From: Desulfosudaceae bacterium
GTDB lineage: Bacteria > Desulfobacterota > Desulfobacteria > Desulfobacterales > Desulfosudaceae
NCBI GenBank assembly: GCA_963674745.2
Contig: CAXXDV010000003.1
Location: forward strand, 1,568,001-1,632,000
Direction of reading: 5' to 3'
DNA length: 64,000 nt
Numbering within the stretch: position 1 is the first letter of the stretch; each line of letters starts with the position of its first letter. Below are positions 21,147-30,114 of this stretch, in pieces. A program made the translations under genes and the position numbers. The notes beneath the pieces were generated by a model. It was given only the letters and a program-made list of their open reading frames with translations, made no database searches and was not told where the DNA came from.

Positions 21147-22254
21147 CTATTGTCTGTGGCTCAAATCCTCTCGCCCCGGCCAAAACATAGATATGAAAAA
21201 GGCACTTATGTTTAAGTGCCTTTTTCATTGGGTTATAAATCATACCCCCCCAATCAATCAAAGCGACTCCCCTTTCTTTTGCGATAATTTCTCCCCTCTT
21301 TGATGCACGGCTTACTGCTGATTGGCTGATCTCTAATTTCTGAGCAATCGCAACCGTGCTAATGCCCAACCTGCGTTGCGCCCAGAAACAAAGCAGCGAC
21401 CGTGCTTCTACGATTCGCGGTGATTTTCCTGAGGCTGTCACCAGATCGGTATTTATCCCCATTACTTCCGCCACACGTTCGATTACACGGTCAAAATCAT
21501 AACCCCTGATCCTTAAATCATATTTTTGTTCAAAAGATTCTTCAGCTGATTTTAGAACATTTATCACGAAATCACTGTCACCTAATATACGTTCATCTCC
21601 TCTTGATCGAATTCCTTCTTTACGGTGTTTCTGCAAAACAGTCCAACCGCCGGTACTCCGTATTAACCCTCCTCCGGTCAGGTCGGGGCGTTTGCCCTGT
21701 TCAACCCCACGATCAACAAATTTGCGATACTTCTTTTGCGCGATTTCTTTTCGTTCATCAAACCATCCGTAAACATAATCGGTATTCTGCCAAGCTCTTT
21801 TTACCACACCCATTAACGTGCCATGTCCGCACCAGGGATGTTTTTCAAGCTCATCCAGCCCTTTGACAATCCCGGCCCTTAATGGATTTAAATGGATATA
21901 ACGAACCAGTTCTTTCAGATATCGATCTTCCTGACATAAAATTGATTTATAACGGTTTTGAAAAAGATGACCATGACGCTGGTACTTCTTGTTGAACCAT
22001 CCCGCATACCCCGTAAGCAAGCGGTTCATGAATATGGAAATCGGTATAACCCCGGTTCTCATCACTAAATGGACATGATTGGGAATCAGCGCCCAGGCAA
22101 AACAATCGGTTTTGGTTTCTGGAATTAAAACTGAAAGCCGGTTAAGAAAATTCTCTCGATCAAAATCGGATCGAAATATCTGCCGTCTTTCGATCCCTCT
22201 GATAATCAGATGATGCAACGCTCCCGGAGCGTCGATTCTCGCCTTCCGTGGCAT
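21115..22254 (-). CDS. REP-associated tyrosine transposase (RAYT / Y1 HUH) with C-terminal HTH; last ~45 aa are probably read-through
   Basis: MPRKARIDAPGALHH..IRG, HUH motif PNHVHL, GHLFQNRYKS, catalytic YIHLNP. Confidence 0.9.
   Translation of the reverse strand: MPRKARIDAPGALHHLIIRGIERRQIFRSDFDRENFLNRLSVLIPETKTDCFAWALIPNHVHLVMRTGVIPISIFMNRLLTGYAGWFNKKYQRHGHLFQNRYKSILCQEDRYLKELVRYIHLNPLRAGIVKGLDELEKHPWCGHGTLMGVVKRAWQNTDYVYGWFDERKEIAQKKYRKFVDRGVEQGKRPDLTGGGLIRSTGGWTVLQKHRKEGIRSRGDERILGDSDFVINVLKSAEESFEQKYDLRIRGYDFDRVIERVAEVMGINTDLVTASGKSPRIVEARSLLCFWAQRRLGISTVAIAQKLEISQSAVSRASKRGEIIAKERGVALIDWGGMIYNPMKKALKHKCLFHIYVLAGARGFEPQTIATRIRSLPVA
21158..21182 (+). pseudogene. 3' fragment of a tRNA (Pro-like), possible att remnant
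   Basis: ggctcaaatcctctcgccccggcca resembles T-loop, acceptor strand and CCA; no 5' half present. Confidence 0.55.
21194..21227. terminator. Bidirectional intrinsic terminator
   Basis: tgaaaaaggcactta-tgtt-taagtgcctttttca inverted repeat. Confidence 0.75.
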
Positions 22255-22287
22255 ATTCTCTCCTTTTTATTCTCAATATCTCAGGTG

Positions 22288-22318
22288 GAAACGCATAAAA
22301 TCATAGACGTCCCCACTT
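22288..22318 (-). repeat. Family A REP left end, 33 bp upstream of the RAYT start
   Basis: Reverse complement of aagtggggacgtctatgattttatgcgtttc. Confidence 0.9.
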
Positions 22319-22368
22319 CCACTCCATGCTTGCATCCCCCCTGGCTTTATAAAATATAATGCTTGTTG

Positions 22369-23727
22369 TTATCGGCTTAAAACACTTATGCACGTCCACC
22401 CTCCAGGTTGAGGATAAGTGCTTACAAAATTGTTCTTGCCGGTAGCAAAATACTGTTCTGTTTCTCCACCATCATGTATAAGGGTTAGGGTGTTCCCAGC
22501 GAGGCTCCACTGCCCCTTCCCGCTTACAGGGATCTCCTCTGTGGAATAAAGACCAGCATCCGTAACAGTAATGCCAGTGTTAACACCACTATAGGAAAAC
22601 TGACCATTAACATTAAAAGTGTATGTACCTGTACCAGTTACGGTGACCGTAATAGTACCGCCAGGGTATACTTCTGTATATGGATCACATGAAAGGCTGA
22701 AGTTCCAATTACCAGCTATTGTCGAACTGTCTCCGTCACCTCCACCACCACCGGACAGTGCAGCTGCAGTTCCTGCTACGGCGGCGGCTCCGGCAACACC
22801 AGCCCCGATCAGAACGCCGGCACTGAATCCTGTTTCACCGGCCCCGGCAGTTACGGTACAGCCCGAGGTCGCTGAAGCAGCCAGGTCGCTTGCCCCGGCG
22901 GCTTTTTCTGATGTATATAAACCGCCCGCCACCATGCCGAATCGAAGCCCTGATTCGACTTTGTTCATGACGATGTTGTCAGAGAAACCGGGAAGTCCGG
23001 ACGGGACCTGGTCCAGCTCCATACTGACCGTGACGTTTTTTTCTTTATCGATATTCTGCCAGGCAGGCAGGCCGACCGTTAAATCCCTGTTCATCAAAAA
23101 CGGCCGGCTCTTTACTATTTCGTTAGCTTTGTTAACTGCAAGAAACAGGTATTGAATCTGTCCGGTAGATGAAGACGGGGCGGGAAGAATAGCGGAATAG
23201 CTGTATCCCCGATCACTTCCCCCGGTATGCATCATTGCCACAAATACAAAGTCCGCTTCGCCAGCGGCTTTAAAGTAGCATCTGGCCCGGTCTATGCCGG
23301 CAGGATCCTTGATGTTGACGTCTACCTGGATGCGATTTGCCGGAATAAAATATTCAGGCGGCGTGTGAGACATCTCGGCTTTACTGCTGCTCGCATACGG
23401 ACCACTGCTCACTCTGTCGTTTGCAAATGTACTGCCGGGTTCAGGCGTGGCTTTAAAAAGTATGTTTTCAGTTCCAATGTCAAGGGTGCCCGAAATATTT
23501 AGTCCGTTATCTTCTTGGAATTTTTTTAGGGCCTGCCTGGTCTTAGGCCCCATTGTCCCATCAACAGCCCCGACGCTATAGCCCTTTAAAGACAGTTCTT
23601 TTTGAATGTCGTAAACTGAATGGCTTTTGTCCTCAACGGAAAACGCTGAAAATGCATTCAGTATGAGTATTAAAAAAACAAAAAAGAAAACAAAATACTG
23701 GCATTCAACACGTCGAATCCTATACAT
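22369..23727 (-). CDS. Secreted protein with a peptidoglycan-binding domain
   Basis: Signal peptide, IQKEL..KGY..GAVDG.MGPKTRQALKKFQ..NGL..SG. Confidence 0.8.
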   Translation of the reverse strand: MYRIRRVECQYFVFFFVFLILILNAFSAFSVEDKSHSVYDIQKELSLKGYSVGAVDGTMGPKTRQALKKFQEDNGLNISGTLDIGTENILFKATPEPGSTFANDRVSSGPYASSSKAEMSHTPPEYFIPANRIQVDVNIKDPAGIDRARCYFKAAGEADFVFVAMMHTGGSDRGYSYSAILPAPSSSTGQIQYLFLAVNKANEIVKSRPFLMNRDLTVGLPAWQNIDKEKNVTVSMELDQVPSGLPGFSDNIVMNKVESGLRFGMVAGGLYTSEKAAGASDLAASATSGCTVTAGAGETGFSAGVLIGAGVAGAAAVAGTAAALSGGGGGDGDSSTIAGNWNFSLSCDPYTEVYPGGTITVTVTGTGTYTFNVNGQFSYSGVNTGITVTDAGLYSTEEIPVSGKGQWSLAGNTLTLIHDGGETEQYFATGKNNFVSTYPQPGGWTCISVLSR

Positions 23728-23867
23728 GATATTTTGCTCCTTTTATGGGATTGGTTTTATTTAGGCAACGCTGCATTTCGACATCCAGATTACTTCCCAG
23801 GACGCAAACAGGCACTATGACGAGAAAAACAAAGTGATCAGAATATCTTTTCGAGGATGAATGCATT

Positions 23868-23905
23868 CATGACGATTGCCTTTCACCATGACGATTGCCT
23901 TTCAC
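23868..23905. repeat. 19-bp tandem duplication
   Basis: catgacgattgcctttcac twice. Confidence 0.85.
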
Positions 23906-23990
23906 ATAGATTGTGTATTTAATCAATTAAATAGCGAGGGAAACATATTATGAACAATGATTAATGTCAATTAAAAAAAGGGAAAAAAGT

Positions 23991-24104
23991 GGGGACGTCT
24001 ATGATTTTATGCGTTTCTTCAGCACTACGGGGAGAAACGCATAAAATCATAGACGTCCCCTTATCCCACGTCCCCTTATCCCACCGTCCCCTTCCCCTTA
24101 TCCC
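23991..24104 (+). repeat. Family A REPIN plus reiterated right junction
   Basis: Core 23991-24060 matches 11741-11810 except one compensatory pair; followed by ttatccc-acgtccccttatccc-accgtcccc-ttcccc-ttatccc. Confidence 0.92.
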
Positions 24105-25249
24105 ATATTCCGAGCAAACTGCATGTTCAGCCAGTCAAAGGTCAGGTCCAGCCAGTCTTCGTAATTCCCCATGGCACAGTGGTCGTCGTCTTTGTAAAGC
24201 TTTAAGAACGACGTCGGTACTTTCATGTTCAGCTCGATCGAGTCCCTGGTACCGGTCAAGGTGTCGTTTTCGCCGTTGATGATCAAGACGGGGATTGTTA
24301 TCTTGCGGTAGAGATCGTTTTTCTCGAATGACAGCGCGCCAGTCGCCCGGCGCAACGCGTGCAGGCTTTTGGCTCCCAATACTTTTTTTAACGCGGATAC
24401 GAATATCTCCGGCATGCCGATGGCGTTGCCGAATTTGAAGGCATAATGCAGGGGCGCGCCGCAGACCACGGCACAGTTTAAATTCGGACTCACGGCCGCC
24501 ATACGCGCGGACCAGTACCCGCCGAAACTGACGCCGACCATGGCGATCTTGCCGGCGTCCACCTGGGGATGGCCGGCAAAGTAGTCGATGACGCCTTTAT
24601 AGATCTTTTCCGATGCTGCCGACATGGATTTGGTATAGGCATACGTGCCCGGCATTTCCATTACGAAAACACCCATCTCGGAATCTTTGTATTTTTGAAG
24701 GGGAATGAGTATCTCCTGAAGGGTACCTTCCAGCCCGTTGGTGATGATGATCATGGGGCCCTTCTTGTCACCTTTTGGAAAACGCACATAACCGTCAACT
24801 TTTTCGCTTTCAATCTCGAGGCGAAGATACTCCAGCCCCTCTTCGTACATGGGCACGATCTGCGCAAGCATCTCTTTGGCCTTGTGGTATGCCTGCATCC
24901 TGAGCGGAGAATCTCCAGGAAAAGCGGAAACCGTGTAATATGTTATCGCCTTGGCCAACAGATCTCTTATTTGATCACGGTTGGTTTCTCCTCCCGCAGA
25001 AAACGACGTCTCAGCCTTTTTTTCATATTCTGCGGCAAAGGCATTCCAGTATGCGCACCATTCGGATTCTTCGAATGTCTTGATGCTGTCAAGCTGGCGC
25101 GTAAAAACATCCGTGTCCAATCTGCCCATGTTGGCGTAACGGAGTCTGAATAATTTGGGCAGGAAAAAGCGTACCCCCAGAATCCCGGCGGCTTTTTCCG
25201 TCCGCCGCGTCAGCATGCATAAGGTGACGAAGACGTCTTTTAATAACAT
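24098..25249 (-). CDS. Alpha/beta hydrolase (FrsA/DUF1100-like esterase)
   Basis: GVSFGGY nucleophile elbow, NGEND, C-terminal His. Confidence 0.85.
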   Translation of the reverse strand: MLLKDVFVTLCMLTRRTEKAAGILGVRFFLPKLFRLRYANMGRLDTDVFTRQLDSIKTFEESEWCAYWNAFAAEYEKKAETSFSAGGETNRDQIRDLLAKAITYYTVSAFPGDSPLRMQAYHKAKEMLAQIVPMYEEGLEYLRLEIESEKVDGYVRFPKGDKKGPMIIITNGLEGTLQEILIPLQKYKDSEMGVFVMEMPGTYAYTKSMSAASEKIYKGVIDYFAGHPQVDAGKIAMVGVSFGGYWSARMAAVSPNLNCAVVCGAPLHYAFKFGNAIGMPEIFVSALKKVLGAKSLHALRRATGALSFEKNDLYRKITIPVLIINGENDTLTGTRDSIELNMKVPTSFLKLYKDDDHCAMGNYEDWLDLTFDWLNMQFARNMG

Positions 25250-25265
25250 GGGTTCCCCCTTTTCA

Positions 25266-26276
25266 TTACTGCATGATTTCCCTGAGCCAGGCCGTTACCG
25301 GCGGAACAACCTCGCCCACATTGTTGGTCATCACCAGGTGTTCCGTGTCCTTGAGCAGAAGATATTGTTTCCGGCAGGTCAACCGGTTGTATATGCCCTC
25401 GACATACGCCTGCGGAAATATATTGTCGTTGCCCGCGTGTATCAGCATGACCGGAACGTTGATTTGCTCCACCGGTTTGGCCAGGTCTGTGCGCAACAGT
25501 GAATTCAGCGCCCTGAAGGTGACCCAGGAAACGGCCAGGGGATCGGTTTTAAGCAGCGTTGCGGCATCCGTGCCGTCGGGGAATTTCTCCTTTTTAAGAT
25601 CAAGGTACAGGGAAACCGGGATCGAGTAGCCTGCATACAGGTTCATAAGAAACCTGGCCGCCGGAACCAGAAATCGTGGCGGCCGGATGGTCGACAGCAC
25701 CAGGTTGTCTTTCCCGTTCAGGTCGGCGATGTTGTGGCAGACAACGGCGTTTAATGAATCGTCGCGGGCAGCGGCGTAGAAGGCGACCATACCGCCCTGG
25801 CTGCTTCCGGCCAGGGCGACCTTGCCGCCGAACCGTTTACGAGCGTATTTCACAACCGCCAGGGTGTCGTCGACCAGACCGTTGATGGTGTAATCTCCGC
25901 GTGGCCCGCTGCTCTGTCCGTGACCCCTCGGGTCGAACCCGATCAGGTTGAACCCCTGCTTGTACATGTCATATCCGAATTGCGCGTATACCTGGGCGTA
26001 AGCCGTGGTACCGGGAATGCACACCAGGCTGGGCGCACCTTTGCCGGCAACGGCCACAATCAAATGAAGCCTGTACCCGTTGGCGTCGATATAGGTTTGC
26101 TCCATGACCGATCGATCAACCTTCATCTTCATCCGTTTGATCATGATGTCTTCATATTCCCGGAGGGCTGTCTCGTCGGGAAGCTTCCGGTTCTGGTAAG
26201 CGCGGCTGATTGCGTACCAGACGATATGGAAAAGGCCGATAAGGAAAATGACAATAAGAACAATTGTTTTTATCAT
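25266..26276 (-). CDS. Alpha/beta hydrolase (lysophospholipase-like)
   Basis: DPRGHGQS.G.RG, GSSQGG, N-terminal TM. Confidence 0.87.
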   Translation of the reverse strand: MIKTIVLIVIFLIGLFHIVWYAISRAYQNRKLPDETALREYEDIMIKRMKMKVDRSVMEQTYIDANGYRLHLIVAVAGKGAPSLVCIPGTTAYAQVYAQFGYDMYKQGFNLIGFDPRGHGQSSGPRGDYTINGLVDDTLAVVKYARKRFGGKVALAGSSQGGMVAFYAAARDDSLNAVVCHNIADLNGKDNLVLSTIRPPRFLVPAARFLMNLYAGYSIPVSLYLDLKKEKFPDGTDAATLLKTDPLAVSWVTFRALNSLLRTDLAKPVEQINVPVMLIHAGNDNIFPQAYVEGIYNRLTCRKQYLLLKDTEHLVMTNNVGEVVPPVTAWLREIMQ

Positions 26277-26300
26277 GTAACGTCTCCTTTGAGGTATGAA

Positions 26301-27116
26301 TCAGTCCAGCGGTTTGCCGAAAATGTTGCGGTATTCAAACTGGTCATGGCTGGCGATAAGCCTGACCTTATCGCCATGCTCCTGTACAATCTTTTTCAGC
26401 CGGTCGACTTGAACCATGGCCCGGCTGAAATTGACGTGGGCCACGCGCCGGAAGGCCCTGACCCCGAAGGACGCTTTGCCATTCTGACGAAGCTCCTCCT
26501 TGACATAATAAGCATCGCCGCAATGAAGAACCCAACCGGCTCCGGTGTCCACAGCCACACCGCACTGACCGCGCGTATGACCCTGCAGCGGGACAAGACG
26601 GATCTCGGGCGGCAGTTCCGGTATGTTTGCGATGCATTCGAAGCCAAACCATTTTTCATCGGATAACGCCTCATGAACGATCCACCTGGGGCCATGCGAA
26701 AAGTGGCATTGACGATAGCGTTCTTTTTCTGAAAACACTTTGGGGTGTAATACCGCTTCGCGTTCAGCCGCCAGCACATGCACGCTGGCTTCCGGAAAGT
26801 CGGAAAGGCCGCCGGCATGATCGCGATCCAGATGGGTACAGATAATGTGACGGACATCTTCCGGCGCAAAACCCAGCTTCTCGATTTGACGTATAGCCGG
26901 TTGATCAGGATCCGGCCGGGTATTTAACAGCAATTCCCCAGGCCCTAACCGGCCGGTATCCGCCATGTCCCTGGTGCCGAAACCCGTATCTACCAGCACA
27001 AGCTGATCCCCTGTTTCAATGAGCATGCAGATCGCCGGCGATCGATCCAGACAGGACACGAATAAGCCGGCGCCTCTGGGATACATGGTGGCGCAGTTCA
27101 TATAATGAATTTTCAT
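26301..27116 (-). CDS. MBL-fold metallo-hydrolase
   Basis: THLDRDHAGG, GHTRG, GDAY, SHD. Confidence 0.9.
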   Translation of the reverse strand: MKIHYMNCATMYPRGAGLFVSCLDRSPAICMLIETGDQLVLVDTGFGTRDMADTGRLGPGELLLNTRPDPDQPAIRQIEKLGFAPEDVRHIICTHLDRDHAGGLSDFPEASVHVLAAEREAVLHPKVFSEKERYRQCHFSHGPRWIVHEALSDEKWFGFECIANIPELPPEIRLVPLQGHTRGQCGVAVDTGAGWVLHCGDAYYVKEELRQNGKASFGVRAFRRVAHVNFSRAMVQVDRLKKIVQEHGDKVRLIASHDQFEYRNIFGKPLD

Positions 27117-27182
27117 GCCAGCCTCCCCTTTTCACAAACACAATTTTTGGTAATTAAGCAGTGGATCAAAATCGGTTTTTTC

Positions 27183-27236
27183 TTGAGCGTGCTCCAACTT
27201 CCAGCGGTTGTCAATAAAAATTTGAGCGTGCTCAAA
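27183..27236. promoter_or_regulatory. Two palindromic operators (TTGAGCGTGCTCAA-type), candidate TetR sites
   Basis: ttgagcgtgctccaa and tttgagcgtgctcaaa between divergent genes. Confidence 0.65.
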
Positions 27237-27277
27237 AAATGTTGATTTATGCATCCGGATTCATTATTTATAGGGGT

Positions 27278-27907
27278 ATGGAAAATGTCAGAGAAAAGAT
27301 ACTGGATGTATCGCGGGAATTGTTTCTTGCCCAGGGATATCAAAAAACCACCACCCGGCAGATCCTTGCCAAAGCAGGCATAAAAAACGGCACCCTGTAT
27401 CATTTTTTCAAAAACAAGGAACAGATTTTCATGTACCTGGCAGCCGGCTTGTTCGACGAGGCATCACGGGTGGTTGACGAATTGGCAGGAAAAGATAACA
27501 GCCCTGTTTTAAAATATGCGATTGCAATGATCCTGGAGTTTTACGCGGTCGAAAAACATGAACGACTGGCGGAACTGTTTTATGAGGCTTACAAGTCATG
27601 GACTGTTTTGGCGTTTCTGACACAAAAAGGAACCCGGAAAAATAAAATGCTTTTCGAATCCTTTAATCCCGGTTTTACGGATCAGGACTATTACGTCCGG
27701 ACCATGGCCATAAAGAGCTGTATTTCCGGTTTTATCGCGGAACGATATCAGAAAGGGGAAATCTCATATCAAGATAAAGCAACGACCATTCTGGAATTGT
27801 CCCTGTCTTTGTTCAACGTTCCCAAAACGGATATCAAGACCACCATAAAAAAATCGAACGACATCATAAAAAAGAAAAAGATCATTATTTCCGGTTTTAA
27901 AATATAG
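27278..27907 (+). CDS. TetR/AcrR family regulator
   Basis: GYQKTTTRQI...GTLYHFFKNKE HTH. Confidence 0.9.
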   Translation: MENVREKILDVSRELFLAQGYQKTTTRQILAKAGIKNGTLYHFFKNKEQIFMYLAAGLFDEASRVVDELAGKDNSPVLKYAIAMILEFYAVEKHERLAELFYEAYKSWTVLAFLTQKGTRKNKMLFESFNPGFTDQDYYVRTMAIKSCISGFIAERYQKGEISYQDKATTILELSLSLFNVPKTDIKTTIKKSNDIIKKKKIIISGFKI

Positions 27908-27940
27908 GGCACCTATAGTTTTCAAGGGTTTGCGGGATTG

Positions 27941-28143
27941 GATGGCTTAAAAGGCCCTTTCTGCCTCTGAAAAGGACAGTCTAAGCTTTTTTATTTCTGG
28001 ATTCCGGGTCAAGCCCGGAATGACGAAGGAAGGTATGGATCTCGGATCGGGGTCCGGCATGACGAAGGAAAGGACGACCCCAGCCGGAGATATTGACAGG
28101 CAGGGCCGACATTGCTATCAGTACACATACAAAATCTCTTATC
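27941..28143 (+). repeat. Degenerate family B element with nested palindromic repeats
   Basis: Internal B segment (ctgaaaaggacagtctaagcttttt); two ggat(t/c)..gg...ccgg.atgacgaagg units at 27997-28068; atattgaca-17-tatcag then cttatc. Confidence 0.6.
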
Positions 28144-28229
28144 AGCTCAGTAAGTTTGTCGTCCGGCCCCGTTTGTGATTACAGAAGGCGGGGGGATTTT
28201 CAAATTTTCATAGTATAAGGTGAAACAAT

Positions 28230-29642
28230 ATGACAAGTCATAAGCAGGTCAGCGCTTTTTGCGATGATATTATCTCCAATATGGATGCCGTGGAAATTGC
28301 CCGCCACATTGCCGCTGGAGAAATAAAAGCATCAGAAGCAGTTGAAGCTTCAATTTTGCGGGCAAAAAAAGTCGACCCCGAACTTAACGCCATTGTGACT
28401 GAAACATTCGAAGACGCCCTTGAAAAAGCAAAAGCCCCTGTTAACGATTTCTTTTACGGGGTTCCGTCCTTTATTAAAGATAATGATGAAGTGAAAGGTT
28501 TTCCCACGCTACAGGGCTCGCGGGCTGTGGCCAAGGTGCCTTCGCCTGAATCCAGTCAATTCGTCAGGCAGTTCCTTTCGACCGGGTTAATCAGCCTTGG
28601 CAAAACATCACTGCCGGAATTTGGCTTAACGGCTACGACCGAGCCTTTGGCGTCCGGCCCGACACGAAATCCCTGGAATTCTGATTTTTCCACGGGCGGT
28701 TCCTCCGGCGGAAGCGCCGCATTGGTGGCGGCAGGCGTTGTTCCGATTGCTCATGGCAATGACGGCGGCGGCTCCATCAGGATCCCCGCGTCCTGCTGCG
28801 GGCTTGTCGGTTTAAAGCCGAGCAGAAACAGGCTGGTAAACATGGAGGCCGGAAAATATCTGCCCATCAATATTCTGCACGAAGGCGTTCTTACCCGCAC
28901 GGTCCGGGACACGGCTCATTTTTTTCATGCAGCCGAGCAATTTTACAAAAACCCAAAGTTTCCTGAAATCGGACTTGTTGAGCACCCCGGCAAAAAACGT
29001 CTGAAAATCGGTATTTTTACAGATTCGCCGTATAGCGAAGCCTGTGACAAGGATATCGCGGAAGCGGTTTACAGTGTGGGCAAAGACTGTGAGCGCCTGG
29101 GGCATAAAGTAGAGGAAATCTCTTCTCCGGCGACAAAACAGATGGGTGATGATTTTATCGTTTACTGGGGGATGCTGGCGTTTTCAATTAAACATTTCGG
29201 CGGCCTGTTTTTCGGGAAAGGGTTTGACAAAACAAAAGTCGAACCCCTTACATCCGGTTTGAGCCGGTATTTTTTTAAAAAATCATACAAGCTTCCGCTT
29301 TTGCCCTTTCGCATGATGCAGTTTACCCGGCTTTATAAAAAAATCTTGGAAGAATATGATGTGCTTCTGTCTCCCGCCCTGGGGCATGAGCCGCCTGAAA
29401 TCGGTTATATGGGCCCGGACGTGCCTTTTGAAACTGCGCTTGAAAGGCTTGAAAAATTTGTGCCGTTTACACCGCCGCAGAACGTTACCGGAACCCCGGC
29501 CATATCATTGCCGTCAGGCCATCAGACGTCAAACGGGCTGCCGGTTGCGATACAATTCGCAGCCGGGCTTGGCCAGGACAAAACCCTGCTGGAACTGGCT
29601 TTTGAAATCGAAGAAGCCAGGCCCTGGCCACTTATCGGATAG
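28230..29642 (+). CDS. Amidase (amidase-signature family)
   Basis: GGSSGGSAALVA, DGGGSIRIPAS.CG..GLKPS. Confidence 0.93.
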   Translation: MTSHKQVSAFCDDIISNMDAVEIARHIAAGEIKASEAVEASILRAKKVDPELNAIVTETFEDALEKAKAPVNDFFYGVPSFIKDNDEVKGFPTLQGSRAVAKVPSPESSQFVRQFLSTGLISLGKTSLPEFGLTATTEPLASGPTRNPWNSDFSTGGSSGGSAALVAAGVVPIAHGNDGGGSIRIPASCCGLVGLKPSRNRLVNMEAGKYLPINILHEGVLTRTVRDTAHFFHAAEQFYKNPKFPEIGLVEHPGKKRLKIGIFTDSPYSEACDKDIAEAVYSVGKDCERLGHKVEEISSPATKQMGDDFIVYWGMLAFSIKHFGGLFFGKGFDKTKVEPLTSGLSRYFFKKSYKLPLLPFRMMQFTRLYKKILEEYDVLLSPALGHEPPEIGYMGPDVPFETALERLEKFVPFTPPQNVTGTPAISLPSGHQTSNGLPVAIQFAAGLGQDKTLLELAFEIEEARPWPLIG

Positions 29643-29683
29643 TTCCGTGGCTCATGTGGCTATAAGTTTAAACTGAGAAATAC

Positions 29684-29947
29684 AACCGGGGTCGGACCAA
29701 ACCAACAGCCTGATCTAAAACAAGACACACGAAATACGGGGAACAGTATATCTGTTTCAAATCTATTGCCTGCAGAAAATAAGTATCATGGATGTCCCCG
29801 GAATACCTTTTCTGTTTTTTTTATCTCTTTGATAATGTCCTGTCAAACCCCGCCTGAAAGGACCATCAACATGTGGTGGCCTCAACAATATTGACATACA
29901 AGGCCGTCCTTGCTATAAATGGTGGCCATAAAAGCAAGTTCTTATCC
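29684..29947 (+). mobile_element. Family B non-coding element with a nested family D pair (29732-29807)
   Basis: Left end aaccggggtcggacc; right end ttgaca-17-tataaa...gttcttatcc. Confidence 0.8.
29891..29919 (+). promoter_or_regulatory. Sigma70-type promoter inside the family B right end
   Basis: TTGACA-17 bp-TATAAA. Confidence 0.7.
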
Positions 29948-30114
29948 TTGATGGTTTGGGGGAGGGGATTCCGTCCCACATCGAGATCCCCGCCAACGTC
30001 TTCTGAGACATGGCGGGACCGCCTTGGTTATTCGAGGGCTCGGGACATCCGGATCACAAGCACCCGGGTACGGCTGCAGCCAGACCCGCATAAAACAGGA
30101 GGGAGGACGGTATA

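Noticed and set aside
21130..21182. Complete tRNA gene
   Set aside because: Only a T-loop and acceptor-like 3' part is present; the upstream sequence is the guaA-like coding end.
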